In this document: positions 1-13,300 of the stretch, in pieces
Layout of the letters: every line of letters begins with the position of its first letter
Numbering within the stretch: the first letter of the stretch is position 1
DNA from: Paraspadella gotoi
Lineage: Eukaryota > Animalia > Chaetognatha
Direction: 5' to 3'
DNA: 64,000 bases
Assembly: GCA_051294375.1 (NCBI GenBank)
Contig: JBJCIZ010000239.1
Coordinates: forward strand, 1,444,581-1,508,580
Notes under the pieces: model-generated
The model's input: the letters and a program-made list of their open reading frames with translations, nothing else
Told to the model about the DNA's origin: nothing
The model's database searches: none
Position numbers and translations under genes: made by a program

Positions 1-1485
1 ACAGACGGCCGGGCGGACAGAGCGCCTCAGGCTCGTTCGAAAAACCGTTCCACTTTGAACGACTTCAAGAAAACCGGTTTTAACGAAATTCTCTTCTTTA
101 ACGAAATTCTCTTCTTTAACGAAATTCTCTTCTTCGCTCTTAAATTTTTTTTTTCTTTTTCTTTTCGTCCCGAGAATTTTACGAAATTTTGTTGGTTTTT
201 TTTTTTTTTTACTCTATTTTCTATTTCGTCAATTATTAACTTTAATTCTTCCGGATTTTTCTTTTTTACGTCCAAGAACCGAAAATTTTTCAACTCAATT
301 TTCAATTTTCAATTCTAAAAAAAAGGTTTCTTTACCCAACGCGGCGTAACCCTTTGTCGACTTTTGGAACAGAAAGAAACCCATTCGTGAAACTCATCAC
401 ATTTTATAAAAAAGACCTTGGGGAGTTCCCTTGGCTCATTTTTTTTTAAATCAAGATTGAATCTAGAAGTTTCTTCATTGTAAAATGTTTAATCGAAACC
501 ATTCGTCGACGAAATTAATAATACTTTATCGTTTCAAAAATGTGAATCTAGATTTTCTTTGCTATTTTGTTTTGTGATACGATAAAGATTGAAGAATGGC
601 AGCGATAAAAGACAACGACTCGAACGATTCACAAAATGCAGAAACTAATCGATTTATGACCTAACCCCTAACCAACCCCTGACCAACCCCCTGAAATAAA
701 CGAATGCCCTAACCATACTGACTAACGCTAACGCACCCTGACTAGACCCTAACACCCTGAACCCGAAGCCCCATAACCACCCTATGACCTTAACACCTAA
801 CCAACCCCTAACCATCCAACCGTCAAACCTTTGCAGCCAAAACAAAACCCGACCGTCCGGTCAATTGACCGACCGACCAAAAATAAACTTGAATCAAAGA
901 CACGGAACAAATTTTCTTGTTTTTTTCGGTTTCACGCGAGTAATTTCCTTTTTCGCATCGCATGTCTCTTTTCTTTTGCTTGTCTTTTGTTTGTTTTTTC
1001 GTTTTCTATCGCTTGTCTTTTCGTTTTCTATCGCTTGTCTTTTCGTTTTCTTTTGTTTGTCTTTTCGTTTTTTTTTTGCTTGTCTTTTCGTTTTCTTTCG
1101 CTTGTCTTTCTATTTCCTCTTTCTTTCTTTTCTAAGTTGGTTTTTTGGTTGCGTCCTTTTCTGAATGCAGTGTAAAGTTCCTCTTTGGTCCATATCATTC
1201 ATACAAATTAAGGTGCTTTTATCGTTTTTTTTATTATAATATAAATCATTTAAAACCTAATTCATATTTAAAATTTCAATAGGAATTTCACTTTGAATTT
1301 AAACAAAAAAGTTTAAATTTAAAATAAAATGAAAATGAAAATAAAAAACCACGCCTAAATCACATACAACTGATTTATCTATACATAAGTTTAATAATTT
1401 AAAATCTACTGGCGTTTTGTGTTTTTTTATATATTTTTTTTTTATTTTTTTTTTTTGTTAAAGATTTTGTTTTCGATTTATTATT

Positions 1486-1577
1486 CTTAGATCAGACATA
1501 CTTAGATCAGACATACTTACATCAGACTTACTTAGATCAGACATACTTAGATCAGACGTACTTAGATCAGACATACT
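1486..1577. repeat. 15-bp tandem repeat (CTTAGATCAGACATA) x6
   Basis: Units start at 1486, 1501, 1516, 1531, 1546 and 1561, with single substitutions. Confidence 0.95.
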
Positions 1578-2797
1578 CCTTAAATCCGTTAAAATCACCA
1601 CCGAATTTCCTATCTACTTTTCCATGTCATTTTTAAGAATGAAACAATTTTTAAAATCCTTTGATCGATTTTTGGACTCCCGATTTCTTAATTCCAGAAA
1701 TCTTCCACTTTTCAGATTTTCAGTTCCTCTATCTCTCTCTGTCTCTTTCTCTCTCTCTCGCGACAACGAAAACCCCGGGATTTTTTTCTTTTTTCCAATT
1801 TTCTTTTGAAACCAGAAAATCGCGTTTTTTAGCTTTTGTTTTTTTTTTACTTGAAATTTAATTCGATTCTATTTTCCAACTTTTTTGACGCCAAGAGGAC
1901 GTTGTTGTTGTTGTTGTTGCTGTTGTTGTTGTTGTCGTCGTTGTAGATTTAGATGGAATTGTCTTATACTAGTTTTTATTGCAGGATTTATTGTACATTG
2001 TGCAATGTACATACAGTCGTACGCCGGTAGCCCCTTGACTCTTCTTTGTTTGTGGCCCAATCTACCCCATTAACGTTTTCATTAACTCCGCCAATTAACC
2101 ATTTAGTTAATAACCTAATTAACTTTTAAAAATTCACGAACGCAAAGTCGAAGCCTGATCTCTCGCGGACGCAACGACGCGATCGAACAGTCGACATTCT
2201 TGGGAGATTCTCTCTTAACTATTTTCCTTTCTTTTTCTTTTCTTTTCTTTTCTTTTCTTTTCTTTTTTTCTTTTCTTTTCTCTTATTTTCTTTTCTTTTC
2301 TTTTCTTTTTTTCTTTTCTTTTCTCTTATTTTCTTTTTCTTTCTCTTTTCTCTCTTTTCCTCTCATAATCTCATTTGCATATTGCAGTAAGCATCGTGGG
2401 TATGCCGTTCCTCGCCTTCGACTATTTTTTGTAAACCGCCAAAGATATAATAAAACGAAACTTTTAGTAAAACACGAATAATGTCCGATTTCGGGTTTGA
2501 AACAGAAAGTTTTATGGCATTTTCGGCAAGGACGACTGTTAATTTCGGAGGCTGGGAGTAGAAACGTTTTGCTGTAAACTTATAAAAAGAAGAAGATACG
2601 GCCTACAACAAATTCCCAGTCTATAAGCAATCCTCCGAAAAACTGGCCGAAAAATTGGCCAAATGACCTTAAAGATAGTAAGAGAGAGATGCGAAACAAG
2701 AAATCTTTTACGGTGATATTTAAAAGATACCTTTCGGCTCTATTTTTCAAAACATCCCCATTTCATCATAAAGTCGGAAATGAGTTTGTTTTGAATG

Positions 2798-4790
2798 TCA
2801 TCGCAGGAGTATCAAGCCACCAAAAGCAAATCGGATCGGAGACTCGGGCGATCTCCGCAGGAAATGGAACCGCCGAATCCTGATTGGTCAAGCATGAAAC
2901 CGGATTCGACCAATCAGCTTGCAGAATCATTTGACCAGTAAATTTTACCCACGTCGCCGATCCTCTTCCTTCGTTATAAATAGACTTTGCTTGTTCTCCT
3001 GCGCGCGTCTTCACCGTCGCCTTTATTTCTTCATGATAAAATAATAATAAAATTTCAAAACTAGAAATCAATGAGTTTTTTCCTTATATGCGGTGACAGG
3101 ACTTCCGGGCGAGACTCACCACTCCTCCGAAAAGTCAAAGCCACCAGCAACCACGCCACCCCAAATGGATCCCGCACCCTCAACCTCCGCCCCCGCCGGG
3201 CAGATACCTCCACCCCTCCCGGCTCCCAAGGGCAATTGGACGGATTGGCGAGATCCCGGTTTAATATATATATATATATATATAAAGAGAGAGAGAGAGA
3301 GAGAGAAAACAATTCCCGTGTATCTTCCTTTTCCCCCTTTGTCCGCCCTAAAAATGGTTAAACTGGTTAAAATGGTTAAACTGGTTAAATTGAACAAAAA
3401 GTAGGATAAAACCTCGCGATTGATTCTTCCTTTGACCTCAACTCCCTTCAAAACCAGTTTCGATCTTGTCGTCGTCGTCGTCACTGTCCTTGTCTACGTC
3501 GTCGACATCAATATCCTTGTTGTAGTTGTCCTAGCTATCGTCGTCACTGTCGTCGTCATTGTTGTCATCATCGTCACTGTCGTTGTCTACGTCGTCGACA
3601 TCAATATCTTTGTCGTAGTCGTCCTAGTTATCGTTGTCAATGTCATCATCGTCATCAATGTTGTCGTCGTTGACATCAATATCTTTGTCGTAGTCATCCT
3701 AGTTATCGTTGNNNNNNNNNNATCATCGTCATCAATGATGTCGTCGTCGACATCAATATCTTTGTCGTAGTCGTCCTAGCTATCGTTGTCAATGTCTTCA
3801 TCATCATTGTCGTCGTCGTCGACATAAATATCTTTGAGGTAGTCGTCCTAGTTATCGTTGTCAATGTTCATAATCGTCGTCCCTATCTTTGTAGTCATCG
3901 CTGCTGTCATCGTCGACGCTCTCATCGTCTACTTTGTCAGCGGCATCGATGTCTCATCTTCGTCTTTATCTTCATTGTCGTCGCTGTCTTCATCGTCATC
4001 TTTGTCGTTATCATGTCGTCATCATCATAGCACAATTCGTCTTTTCCAATGACGTCTTCATCGTTTTTTTCTTCGTCGTCGTCATCTTCGTCTCCGTCAT
4101 CGTCTTTGTTATCGTCATTACAGTCGTTGTTGTCCTTGTCATCGTTGTCTTCGTCGTCGTTTCGAATCGTCATTTTAAACCTCGTCGGCAAAATGTCGGC
4201 GCCATCGTCGTCGCTGACGGTTCCACAACCTCGTTGTCGTCGTCAGCCGGCCGCGAATCTTCCTCGTCGTTCGTCCGTCGCCCAGAATTCTCGGGTTCGA
4301 ATCCCGAACTCGTTTTTCCCTTTTATCCCCGAACTTTCGCCCTCGAGGTTTTGGCGACACAAATTCGCTCGACCTCACGAGAGGAGGAGGAGGAGGAGGA
4401 GGAGGAGGAGGAACCAGGGTGGACCGGTGTTCAGCGAATGGCGTTGTTGTTGTCGTCGTCGACGTTGTTATGGAAACCGATCGGGTTTTTAATGTCGCGG
4501 CCGCTTTACGTCGTGATTTAAGTCGTTTGTTTTGATCTGTTTTCCGTTCATGTTGTTTTTTGGTCAAAGTAGAAACGATTATTAAATCTCATGTTAGGGT
4601 AGTAGTCGTCATTTCACATTAGCGTGATACGCAAGAGTTGTTTTGACAGTTTCATTGGTTCTGCAAGCTGATTGGTCGCTTTCGATTCCCTCTTGACCAA
4701 TCATGATTCGACGATTCCGATTCACGCGGGGAATCGCCCGAATCCTTCGATCCGATTCTGCTCTGGGTTAGGTTGATTCTCCTGCGATGC
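2798..4790. repeat. Diverged inverted pair of a ~140-bp interspersed repeat (about 2798-2935 and 4651-4790) carrying opposed CCAAT motifs
   Basis: CATCGCAGGAG...GACCAATCAGCTTGCAGAA at 2798-2927 is the diverged reverse complement of TTCTGCAAGCTGATTGGTC...CTCCTGCGATG at 4659-4789. Confidence 0.7.
3467..4160. repeat. GTC/ATC-rich degenerate minisatellite, includes a 10-N gap
   Basis: Recurring GTCGTCGACATCAATATCTTTGTCGTAGTCGTCCTAG units. ORFs over it are poly-Val/Ser/Asp by-products. Confidence 0.9.
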
Positions 4791-5939
4791 TATAAACCCT
4801 TATGTCTAACCCTAATCAGTAACCTAAATCCTAACCTTAATCGCTAACCTTAATCCCTATCCTAATCCCTATTCCTAACCTCAAACCTAATCTTTATCTC
4901 AAAAAATTAATCTCATACCAAATTCAGGGAATGTCGTCTATAATCAATATTGTTTTTTCGTTGATTTTTCTATTGCTTGTGATACGAAATTGGCACAACC
5001 AATATAACAATTATCTATTCATTTAATAAATAAGCTATCTTGCCCCCGACTTTGGACAGGCTTTAGTGGTTTAATTGTTTAATAATTTAATTGTTATTTA
5101 TTTATTAATTTATTTGTTCAGTTGCGTTCTTTTTTTTTCTCTCTCTCTCTTTTCTTTCTCATTTAAATTTGCTTTCATTTTTCCTTAATTTTTTTCCTTT
5201 CCCTTTTTTTCCCCTTAATTCCTCATCAGTGGGACTCTTTTCGTCACCAGCTGATTTTCGCCTTCCATCTTTAAATCTCCTTTCCTCATTTTTAAAGCTT
5301 TTTTAGTCGCGACGCGAGTATTCGCGGATCAACTCTATAAGTCACTTTTCGGTTGGTCTGTCGGTCTATCGGTCGCTATATCTGTCCGTCGGTCTGTCCC
5401 ACTTACGTTAGTAATAACTTGCTTATAGTTGGTTGCTAAATTAATTAAGACAGGAAAAAACATTCAATCTAAGCGACTGCAAGCGCCGCCTTCAGGAATT
5501 CCTAAAACTATAAAGAATATAAAACAAAATTCTGATGCCGTATTTATCATAAATACAAATACAATATAAAGACATTTGTTATACATAAATATTATAATTA
5601 TGTAGTCATGTGATCACATGAAAAGAAAGTCACTGCGGCGCAACACATTGGATGGACCGAGCTTGTTTTCTCTTCTTTTTTATTCTTTTTTCTATATTTT
5701 TCCACCCTTTTTCTAATTATGTCTCTTTGCACCTTAATTCTTCCTCCCTCTTTTTCCCTTTTGTTCAATCCCTCTTTTTAAGCCTTTCGACAGAGGGCAC
5801 CACTGAGCCGAGGCTTTGTTTTACTACCCGTCAGGCGCCAACAAAAGAACAACTCGAGGTCTAAATTGCGCTAAACCACATTTGGAGACTAACGCTCGCT
5901 AAATGTCGTTTCTTTTCGTTTTCTTTTAGTTTTCCTTTC

Positions 5940-5980
<41 letters not shown>

Positions 5981-6461
5981 CTTACCTCTAAATTCCCTCA
6001 TCCGACTGTTCTCTCAGCGTGACCTTACCAAATTCCGACGGGACCCATATTGCAACGCGGTAGGGCTTCGGAAGCCGCCTAAGGCCGACAGCCGACAAAA
6101 AGCTGAGAGCCGCGTCGTAATTCGTTAAATCATGCATAAGTTTTAAAAAAATTTTTCAGAAATAAATAAAAAGACAACGCATGACTTCACTTTAGTTTTA
6201 TTTATAATAAAATTGATATTTTATACAGCATGAATGACGGCGTGGAAGTTATGCGTGGTTAGTTTGCTCCTTCATTGTCGATTCAGCAATTCGAACTCGT
6301 CGGATTATATAGTTTATATTAAATAAGTTTTCGTTAATACGATACTATATAGTCTGTGAAAATATAATCATGAATGTTTCAAATGTAAATCTTGCGTCGA
6401 CCTACTTTGTAAAGACGTTGAAGGCTCGAGAATTGCATTATCTTCTAAAGCGATAATGAGA

Positions 6462-6527
<66 letters not shown>

Positions 6528-6650
6528 AGAGAGAGATGATGATGAATGTCTCAATATTTCAAAGTATGGGTTCCGCTAATTCTCATTCTGCTCTCACTCT
6601 CCTACGATTCATTCTTTTCATATTTTCCATCGTTCTCTTTCTCTCTCTGC

Positions 6651-6726
<76 letters not shown>

Positions 6727-6928
6727 ACCCACTCTCTCTCTCCCCACCCATAACTTCCTCCGACGTCTCCCTCTCATTAAATCTTCTCATTTCTAGTTTC
6801 CTCCCAATTTTTTTTCTTTTTTAAACTTTTTATTTTAAATTCTAAGTCGTTACAAAAAAAAAAGAATGAAAAGAAAGAAACTGGTTGGGTCACTTTTAGA
6901 GAGAGGACGACAAGGTGAGCTTTACGAA

Positions 6929-6975
<47 letters not shown>

Positions 6976-7325
6976 CGACACACCTCGATGCATTCCTTCT
7001 AAACGTCGATTTCTCGTTCCTTTCCTTTTTGCGTTGAAAAACGAAATTATTTTTAATTTCCAGACTGTGTTCATTTTAACTCTCATTTGACTAACTATTG
7101 ATTATTTAATATTGTATTATTAACGATCAACTCTTTCCTCTTTATCTCGTTCCAGTCGTAAACCTTCTAAAAATCAAATCAAATCGAACCTGGTCCAATA
7201 TTCCTCTCTGTGGCGACGTGTCCGAAGGAGGTTGACCTTTTCATTTCGACGAAACTCAAATTTTGAAACAGAAAGAAAAGAAAAGAAAAAAATATCACAG
7301 CGCCCCTCGAGGAATCGGTCAAAAA

Positions 7326-10300
7326 ATGGGTGAGTAGAATTCATTTCTATTCTATCTACATTTAAATAGTTTTTATGTTTGTCTGTTTGTTTGTTTCGGG
7401 ACTTCCCTGTTTCTCTTCTAAAGAAAGTCGAGCCACTAAAACGGTAAATCCTAAATAAGAACTGAAATGATTAATATTAGCCAACGAAGGAATAAAAAAA
7501 AACAACCTAAAACTATATTTCTAAAGAGCGTATAATAGAGATGACGCCAATTTGAAAAAAAAAAACAACCGAAAAACCGCGATTAAGATTCTAAGCCGAA
7601 AAAAAAACAGGTTTTTTTTTCGTCTGAAAAATCCTTAGAATTTTCACGAAATTTCGTAACACTAAGCGTTCCATTTAATGCTTGTAAGCACGAAACCGGA
7701 TGTGAGATCCTATTTTACAATGGAATTGTATTCTAATTAACTTTACTCGAAAAAATTCAGTCCGTTAAGGGGTAGATTTATATACAAATGTAATTATAGT
7801 TTTCGTTTATTGTTGGTTGAAATTGGTACAACCAATATGAAAATTATCCATTCATTCAATGAATAAGCTATCCTGCCCCGATGGGTTAAGACGTATAGTC
7901 TTTGGCGAATAGTATAGAATATAAATAGTATACATAGTATTTTAAACATTTCTGGTTTCGTTTTCTCATAGTAAATTCAATGATCATTAGTAGCTGATTT
8001 ATATTATCTTCCGTCTTTCCACGTTTAGCTAATTTGATTTTTGCGTCCGTTGTCAATGTTTTTACAGTTACACATTGTAATTTATTGTCTTTTGTTTTTT
8101 TTCTTTCAGCCTCGAAGGACGATCGTCGATCTTCGATCGCCAAGTCGATGCATTCCACGAATTCGATCGAGACTTTGAATTCGCTCGACGAATCCGGAGG
8201 TGGGGCCTTCTTTTCTTTAGCTCAATTATGTTAGCCTTTTTTGTTTTGTGGATCTTTTTGTTTCGTCGATGTTAATTAGCGCATTTATTTAATCGATATT
8301 TTTAGAGAAAAATTTTTTTATCCGTTTCAAAGGACTATTGTATTTACTGAAAGCGTACAATATTTCGATTCTTCTTTTTAACAGACTTTAACGGTTCACC
8401 GATGAAGAAAAAGAATAAAGAATCGAAATATTTACGCTTTTACTAAATAAAATCGTTGTTTTTGTTTTGTTTTCTCTCAATTCAAAATACAACGAAAACA
8501 AAGTTTAATTCTAATATCAATTTTTTTTAAATTCGTTTTAACAATCGTTTATTTTTTTATAATATACTAAATGTTTCCTTTTTTTTTCGTTTCTTCTTGT
8601 CTATATTTTTTTTGTTGGTCACTAATTAACCTTTTTTTTTTTAAATTTATTTTATCATCAACATTCAATATAAACATTTCCACGCGTCCAGCCAAGAAGA
8701 AAAAAAAGAAGGGCCTCTTCGGCAAGATCTCCAAGGGCATCTCCAAGGCCGCCTCCAAGACTTCCGTCAACAAAGGCGGACTCCACGACGTCGACGAGGG
8801 CGCCGCCGCCGCCCCGGCCGACGCCGACGTCAAGAAGAAGAAATCCTTCAAGAGCTTCGGCAACAAACTCGGCAAAATGACCGGGATTAAGAAAGAGCCG
8901 GAAAACGCAGCGGACGCCGCCGCCAAATTCTTCGCCGCTCAGATGTTCGCCGAACATCCGGGGATGGCGCCGGATTCGTTGGCGCCGGAAGAGGCGGAAG
9001 CGAAGAAGGAGGCGGAAGCGAAGAAGGCGGCGGAGGCGGCGGAGGCGGCGAAGGCGTCAGCCTCGAAGACGCTGCCGCGGTCGCCGTTCGCGCGTGCGGC
9101 GTTTGCCAAGATGGCGGAAGATAAAGATAAGAAGGACGAACACGCGTCCAAATTTAAAAAGTGAGGACGTTTGATATTAATAATTATTTATTATTTTATT
9201 AATTAATTCATCTTTGGAGAAAACAAAGTTTTATTTGTTTACAAAGAGAGATTTTTTATAGGGAAAAAAATTGTTTTCTCTATATTCAAAACTCAACGAA
9301 AAGAATTTATTAATCATTTAATGATTTATTAATATCAAGTATTATTATCATGTTTATTAATAATTTTTTCATCTCCCAAGACAAGAGGCAACATTGCTTT
9401 CTCATTGCATAGAACCATGACTTTTATATCAGTTATATAACTTATCAATTTTTTGAAAGGTACATGTCACTCCCCCCGAGCATGGTTAAACGGAGCAAGC
9501 CCAAGACGATTCCGGAGTTGCGCCTCAACATTGAAGAAGAAAAAAAAACGGAGGAGAAGAAAGACAAAACAGAGGAAAAAACAGAAAAGAAGGAAGAAAC
9601 GAAGGTCAGTGATTTAGGAGAAAACAAGGACAAAACTTCCGAAGAGAAGATAGACAAAACAGAAAAAGACAAATCAGAAAAAACAGACAAAACAGAAGCA
9701 AAATTAGAAAAAGAAATCGAAGACAAAACACAGAAGGGAGAAAATGAAAAACCAGAAAACAAAGATCAAACGGAAGAAAAGATGGAATTGGGAATCGAAG
9801 ACGAGGAAAAGGAAAACAAAGCAAGCACCGAAAAGGAAAACAAAGCAAGCACCGCGGACCAAGCTCTGGAAAGCTCCACGGAATCGTCACCAATCAAAAA
9901 ATTGGCGTCGCTCTTCAAAGGCAGCGACGAAAAGTTGCCAGAGTTGAAGGCCGACGTCTCGAAGATCAGCATGACGGCCACGAACGTCGACGCTGACAAA
10001 TCCGTCAATTTAGGAGATGACAAAGGACTCGAAACGGCCGACAGCTCGTCTCCGAAGAAGAAGGACAAAGGAAGTAAGCACAGTCGGAGTTCTAGCTCCT
10101 CCTCTTCTTCCTCTTCCTCTTCTTCCTCTTCCTCCTCTTCCTCCTCCTCAAATAAGTCGGAGGAGAAGAAACAGAAGGAAAACTCGATTAACGTAGATGT
10201 CGCTGCTGTTGAAAACTCAATCGACGTAGATGTCGCTGCCGTTGAAAGTAAAAACTGGTCTCCCTTTCAAAAACTTACTTCACTCTTTAAGAATAGCGAA

Positions 10301-13300
10301 GAAAAGTTACCCGACATCGACGCTGACGTTTCTAATATCACCATGGAGCCGATAATTAACGAAGCCCCGGATCAAAAAGAAGAAATTGTGCTAGAGAGCG
10401 AATCATTTGATGCTACCACGGCCAAGCACGAGAGCTTGTCGTCCGAATTATCCATATCCGAATCGCAAATTAGAAAATTAGACTTCGAAGGAAAGAGCGT
10501 GAACGGAGGGGAGGTTGAAATCGATTCGAAAACTTGGCCGATCGGTGAAGACAATTTCGAGGATGTCAAAATGAGCAAGGATGCGGATGGCGAGAGTCGG
10601 ATGGAAGAGCGATTGTCGTCGGAAATAGATTTCGCCTTGAAGGACGTTGATATTCCGTCGAGAGAATCCATCGAAGCTGAGACGAGATTGCTGACCGCGG
10701 ATGAGTCCGCGATTTCACGAACGAGCAGCGACGCGGGATCGGAGGAAAAACCGTCCGGACAGAAAAGAAAGAAAATCGTGATCAAATCACGAAACGGCGC
10801 CAAGAAAAGCAGAGAATCGATTTCGTCTTTGAAAGGAGACGAGAATGATTCGCTGGATGTTTCGTTGGGAGATTCGACAGAGCTTATTTCTCAAAATGAG
10901 GGTTTAGAAATGAAACAGGCTTTTTTGGAAGGCGATCGGTCAACCGTTGAAGCGCCTGTTGACAGTGATCAACGGCTGGAAGTTGTAAATAATGATTTGC
11001 AAATAAACTATTTGCATGACAACTTTAAAGACGATGTTCAGATGGAAGAACTGAACATTACGACTGATGAAACTAATGAAGAAGTTAATAAAACTGTTGA
11101 GAGTGACCCAAAACCTGAATTAGTCAGTGATTATTTGGAAAACTTCTATGAATCTCGAGACTCGAGTGCAAATAATCTTATTGATGACGTGAATGCTAAA
11201 AAAGAGGACAACTATTCTGAATATTTGGCAACAGCTCAGAATATAGACAATAGAGAAAATCTTTGGTCAAGCGTATCAATAGTGTCTCCCCAGAACAAAC
11301 AAAACGATTTTGCTATGGAAGCTCCGATAACAGATCAGGAGATGACCGTGAATTTCTCAATGAATGAAGCGACCAATCCTGAATCATTTTCGTATTTAAA
11401 TCAAGATGTAAGTGAAAGTGACGTAAATGAACAATCTTTTGAGTATGTAGTGAATGGAAAACCATTAGAACCATTAAAAAGTCCATATCCGCTAGAAACA
11501 AAAAAGATTTTAGATGAAGGTATAATTAATTTCGAGAATGAGCCCAGTTATCCAACCCCACAGTTAAATAATGAAGAATATTTTTCAAATGACGATCGAA
11601 ATTATTTAAAAGAAGATGTTATGCAATACAATCAGAGCACAGATGTTTCTTCTCCAATCGAAAATGCAGAAACATCAAAGATTACTGCAGACATTGACAA
11701 TAGTAACATTTTTACAGAATATAATGTAAATAGGGATATACAAGAACATATCACAGAAGTTCCTAATGATTATGAAACAATAAAATTTAGTGGCATTGAG
11801 ATGGAAGATGTTAATGAAAAGTCGATTCCTAAATGGACTACTGGAAATGCACACATACCAGCAAAGGAGACATTTGGCATTGATACAATATCAGATTTGC
11901 CAAAATCCACAACAGAAGAAATGCATTTCACATCAGTTAATGATGGATCAGATGAATTAAAGTTTGACCCAATCATCAATGAATTAGATGTAAATAATTT
12001 TGTGCAAGAGAAAGAGTTAAATGATATCACAGATGCTAAAATTGATAATGGAAATGTAAATATGCCATTGACAACTAATTATTCCAATACTGAGATGAAA
12101 AATGTGAATGAAAATTTGTTTCAGGTAGAAGAGAAAAAGCAAAATCTTGAGGGTGCACCGATAACAACAAATGAAATCTTTGGCATTATTACTACATCAG
12201 ATTTGCCACAAACTACTACAAAAGAAATGTATTTCACGTTACCTAAGGACGATCAGTACATGAAATCTCCCGAACCTTTTAATGAAACTACATCATTTAG
12301 TTTGTCCAAGAATGACTTAGAAAATAGGAATGAAATATCTTTAAATACAGAAACAAATACCAATCAACTTGATTTAGCCCTAAACATGGATGAAAGTTCT
12401 CAAATACCTCAGGAAGATCAGTACTTCAAATCTCCTGAGCCTTTTAATGAAACTACAGCACTTATTTTTTCCAAGAATGACATGGAAAATAGAAATGAAA
12501 TATCTTTAAATACAAAAACAAATACTGAAAATCTAGATTTAGCACCAAACATGGATGAAAATTTTAAAATTCCTCAGAAAGATCAGTACTTCAAATCTCC
12601 TGAGCCTTTTAATGAAACTACAGCACTTATTTTTTCCAAGAATGACTTGGAAAATAGAAATGAAATATCTTTAAATACAAAACAAATACTGAAAACTAGA
12701 TTTAGCACCAAACATGGATGAAAATTTTAAAATTCCTCAGAAAGATCAGTACTTCAAATCTCCTGAGCCTTTTAATGAAACTACAGCACTTATTTTTTCC
12801 AAGAATGACTTGAAAATAGAAATGAAATATCTTTAAATACAAAAACAAATACTGAGAAATTAGATTTAGCACAAACATGGATGAAAATTTTAAAATTCCT
12901 CAGAAAGATCAGTACTTCAAATCTCCTGAGCCTTTTAATGAAACTACAAGCACTTATTTTTCCAAGAATGACTTAGAAAATAGGAATGAAATATCCTTTA
13001 AATACAGAAACAAATACTAATCAACTAGATTTAGCCCTAAACTGGATGAAAATTTCAAATACCTCAGAAGATCAGTACTTCAAATCTCCTGAGCCTTTTA
13101 ATGAAACTACAACACTTAGTTTTTCCAAGAATGACTTAGAAAATAGAGAATAAATATCTTAAATACAAAAACAAAATATTGAGCAACTAGATTTAGCACC
13201 AAACATGGATGAAAATTTTAAAATTTCTCAGGAAGATCAGTACTTCAAATCTTCTGAGCCTTTTAATGAAACTACAACACTTAGTTTTTCCAANNNNNNN

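Noticed and set aside
784-2481. Phe/Leu/Ser-rich ORFs, and (RE)n/(LS)n ORFs throughout the window
   Set aside because: Translations of T-rich low-complexity DNA and GA/TC microsatellites.
1-4521. Possible 3' exons of an upstream + strand gene (1-76, 1985-2018, 3100-3258, ~4190-4520)
   Set aside because: GC-rich patches with plausible splice sites, but no recognisable domain and ambiguous frames, so a model cannot be supported.
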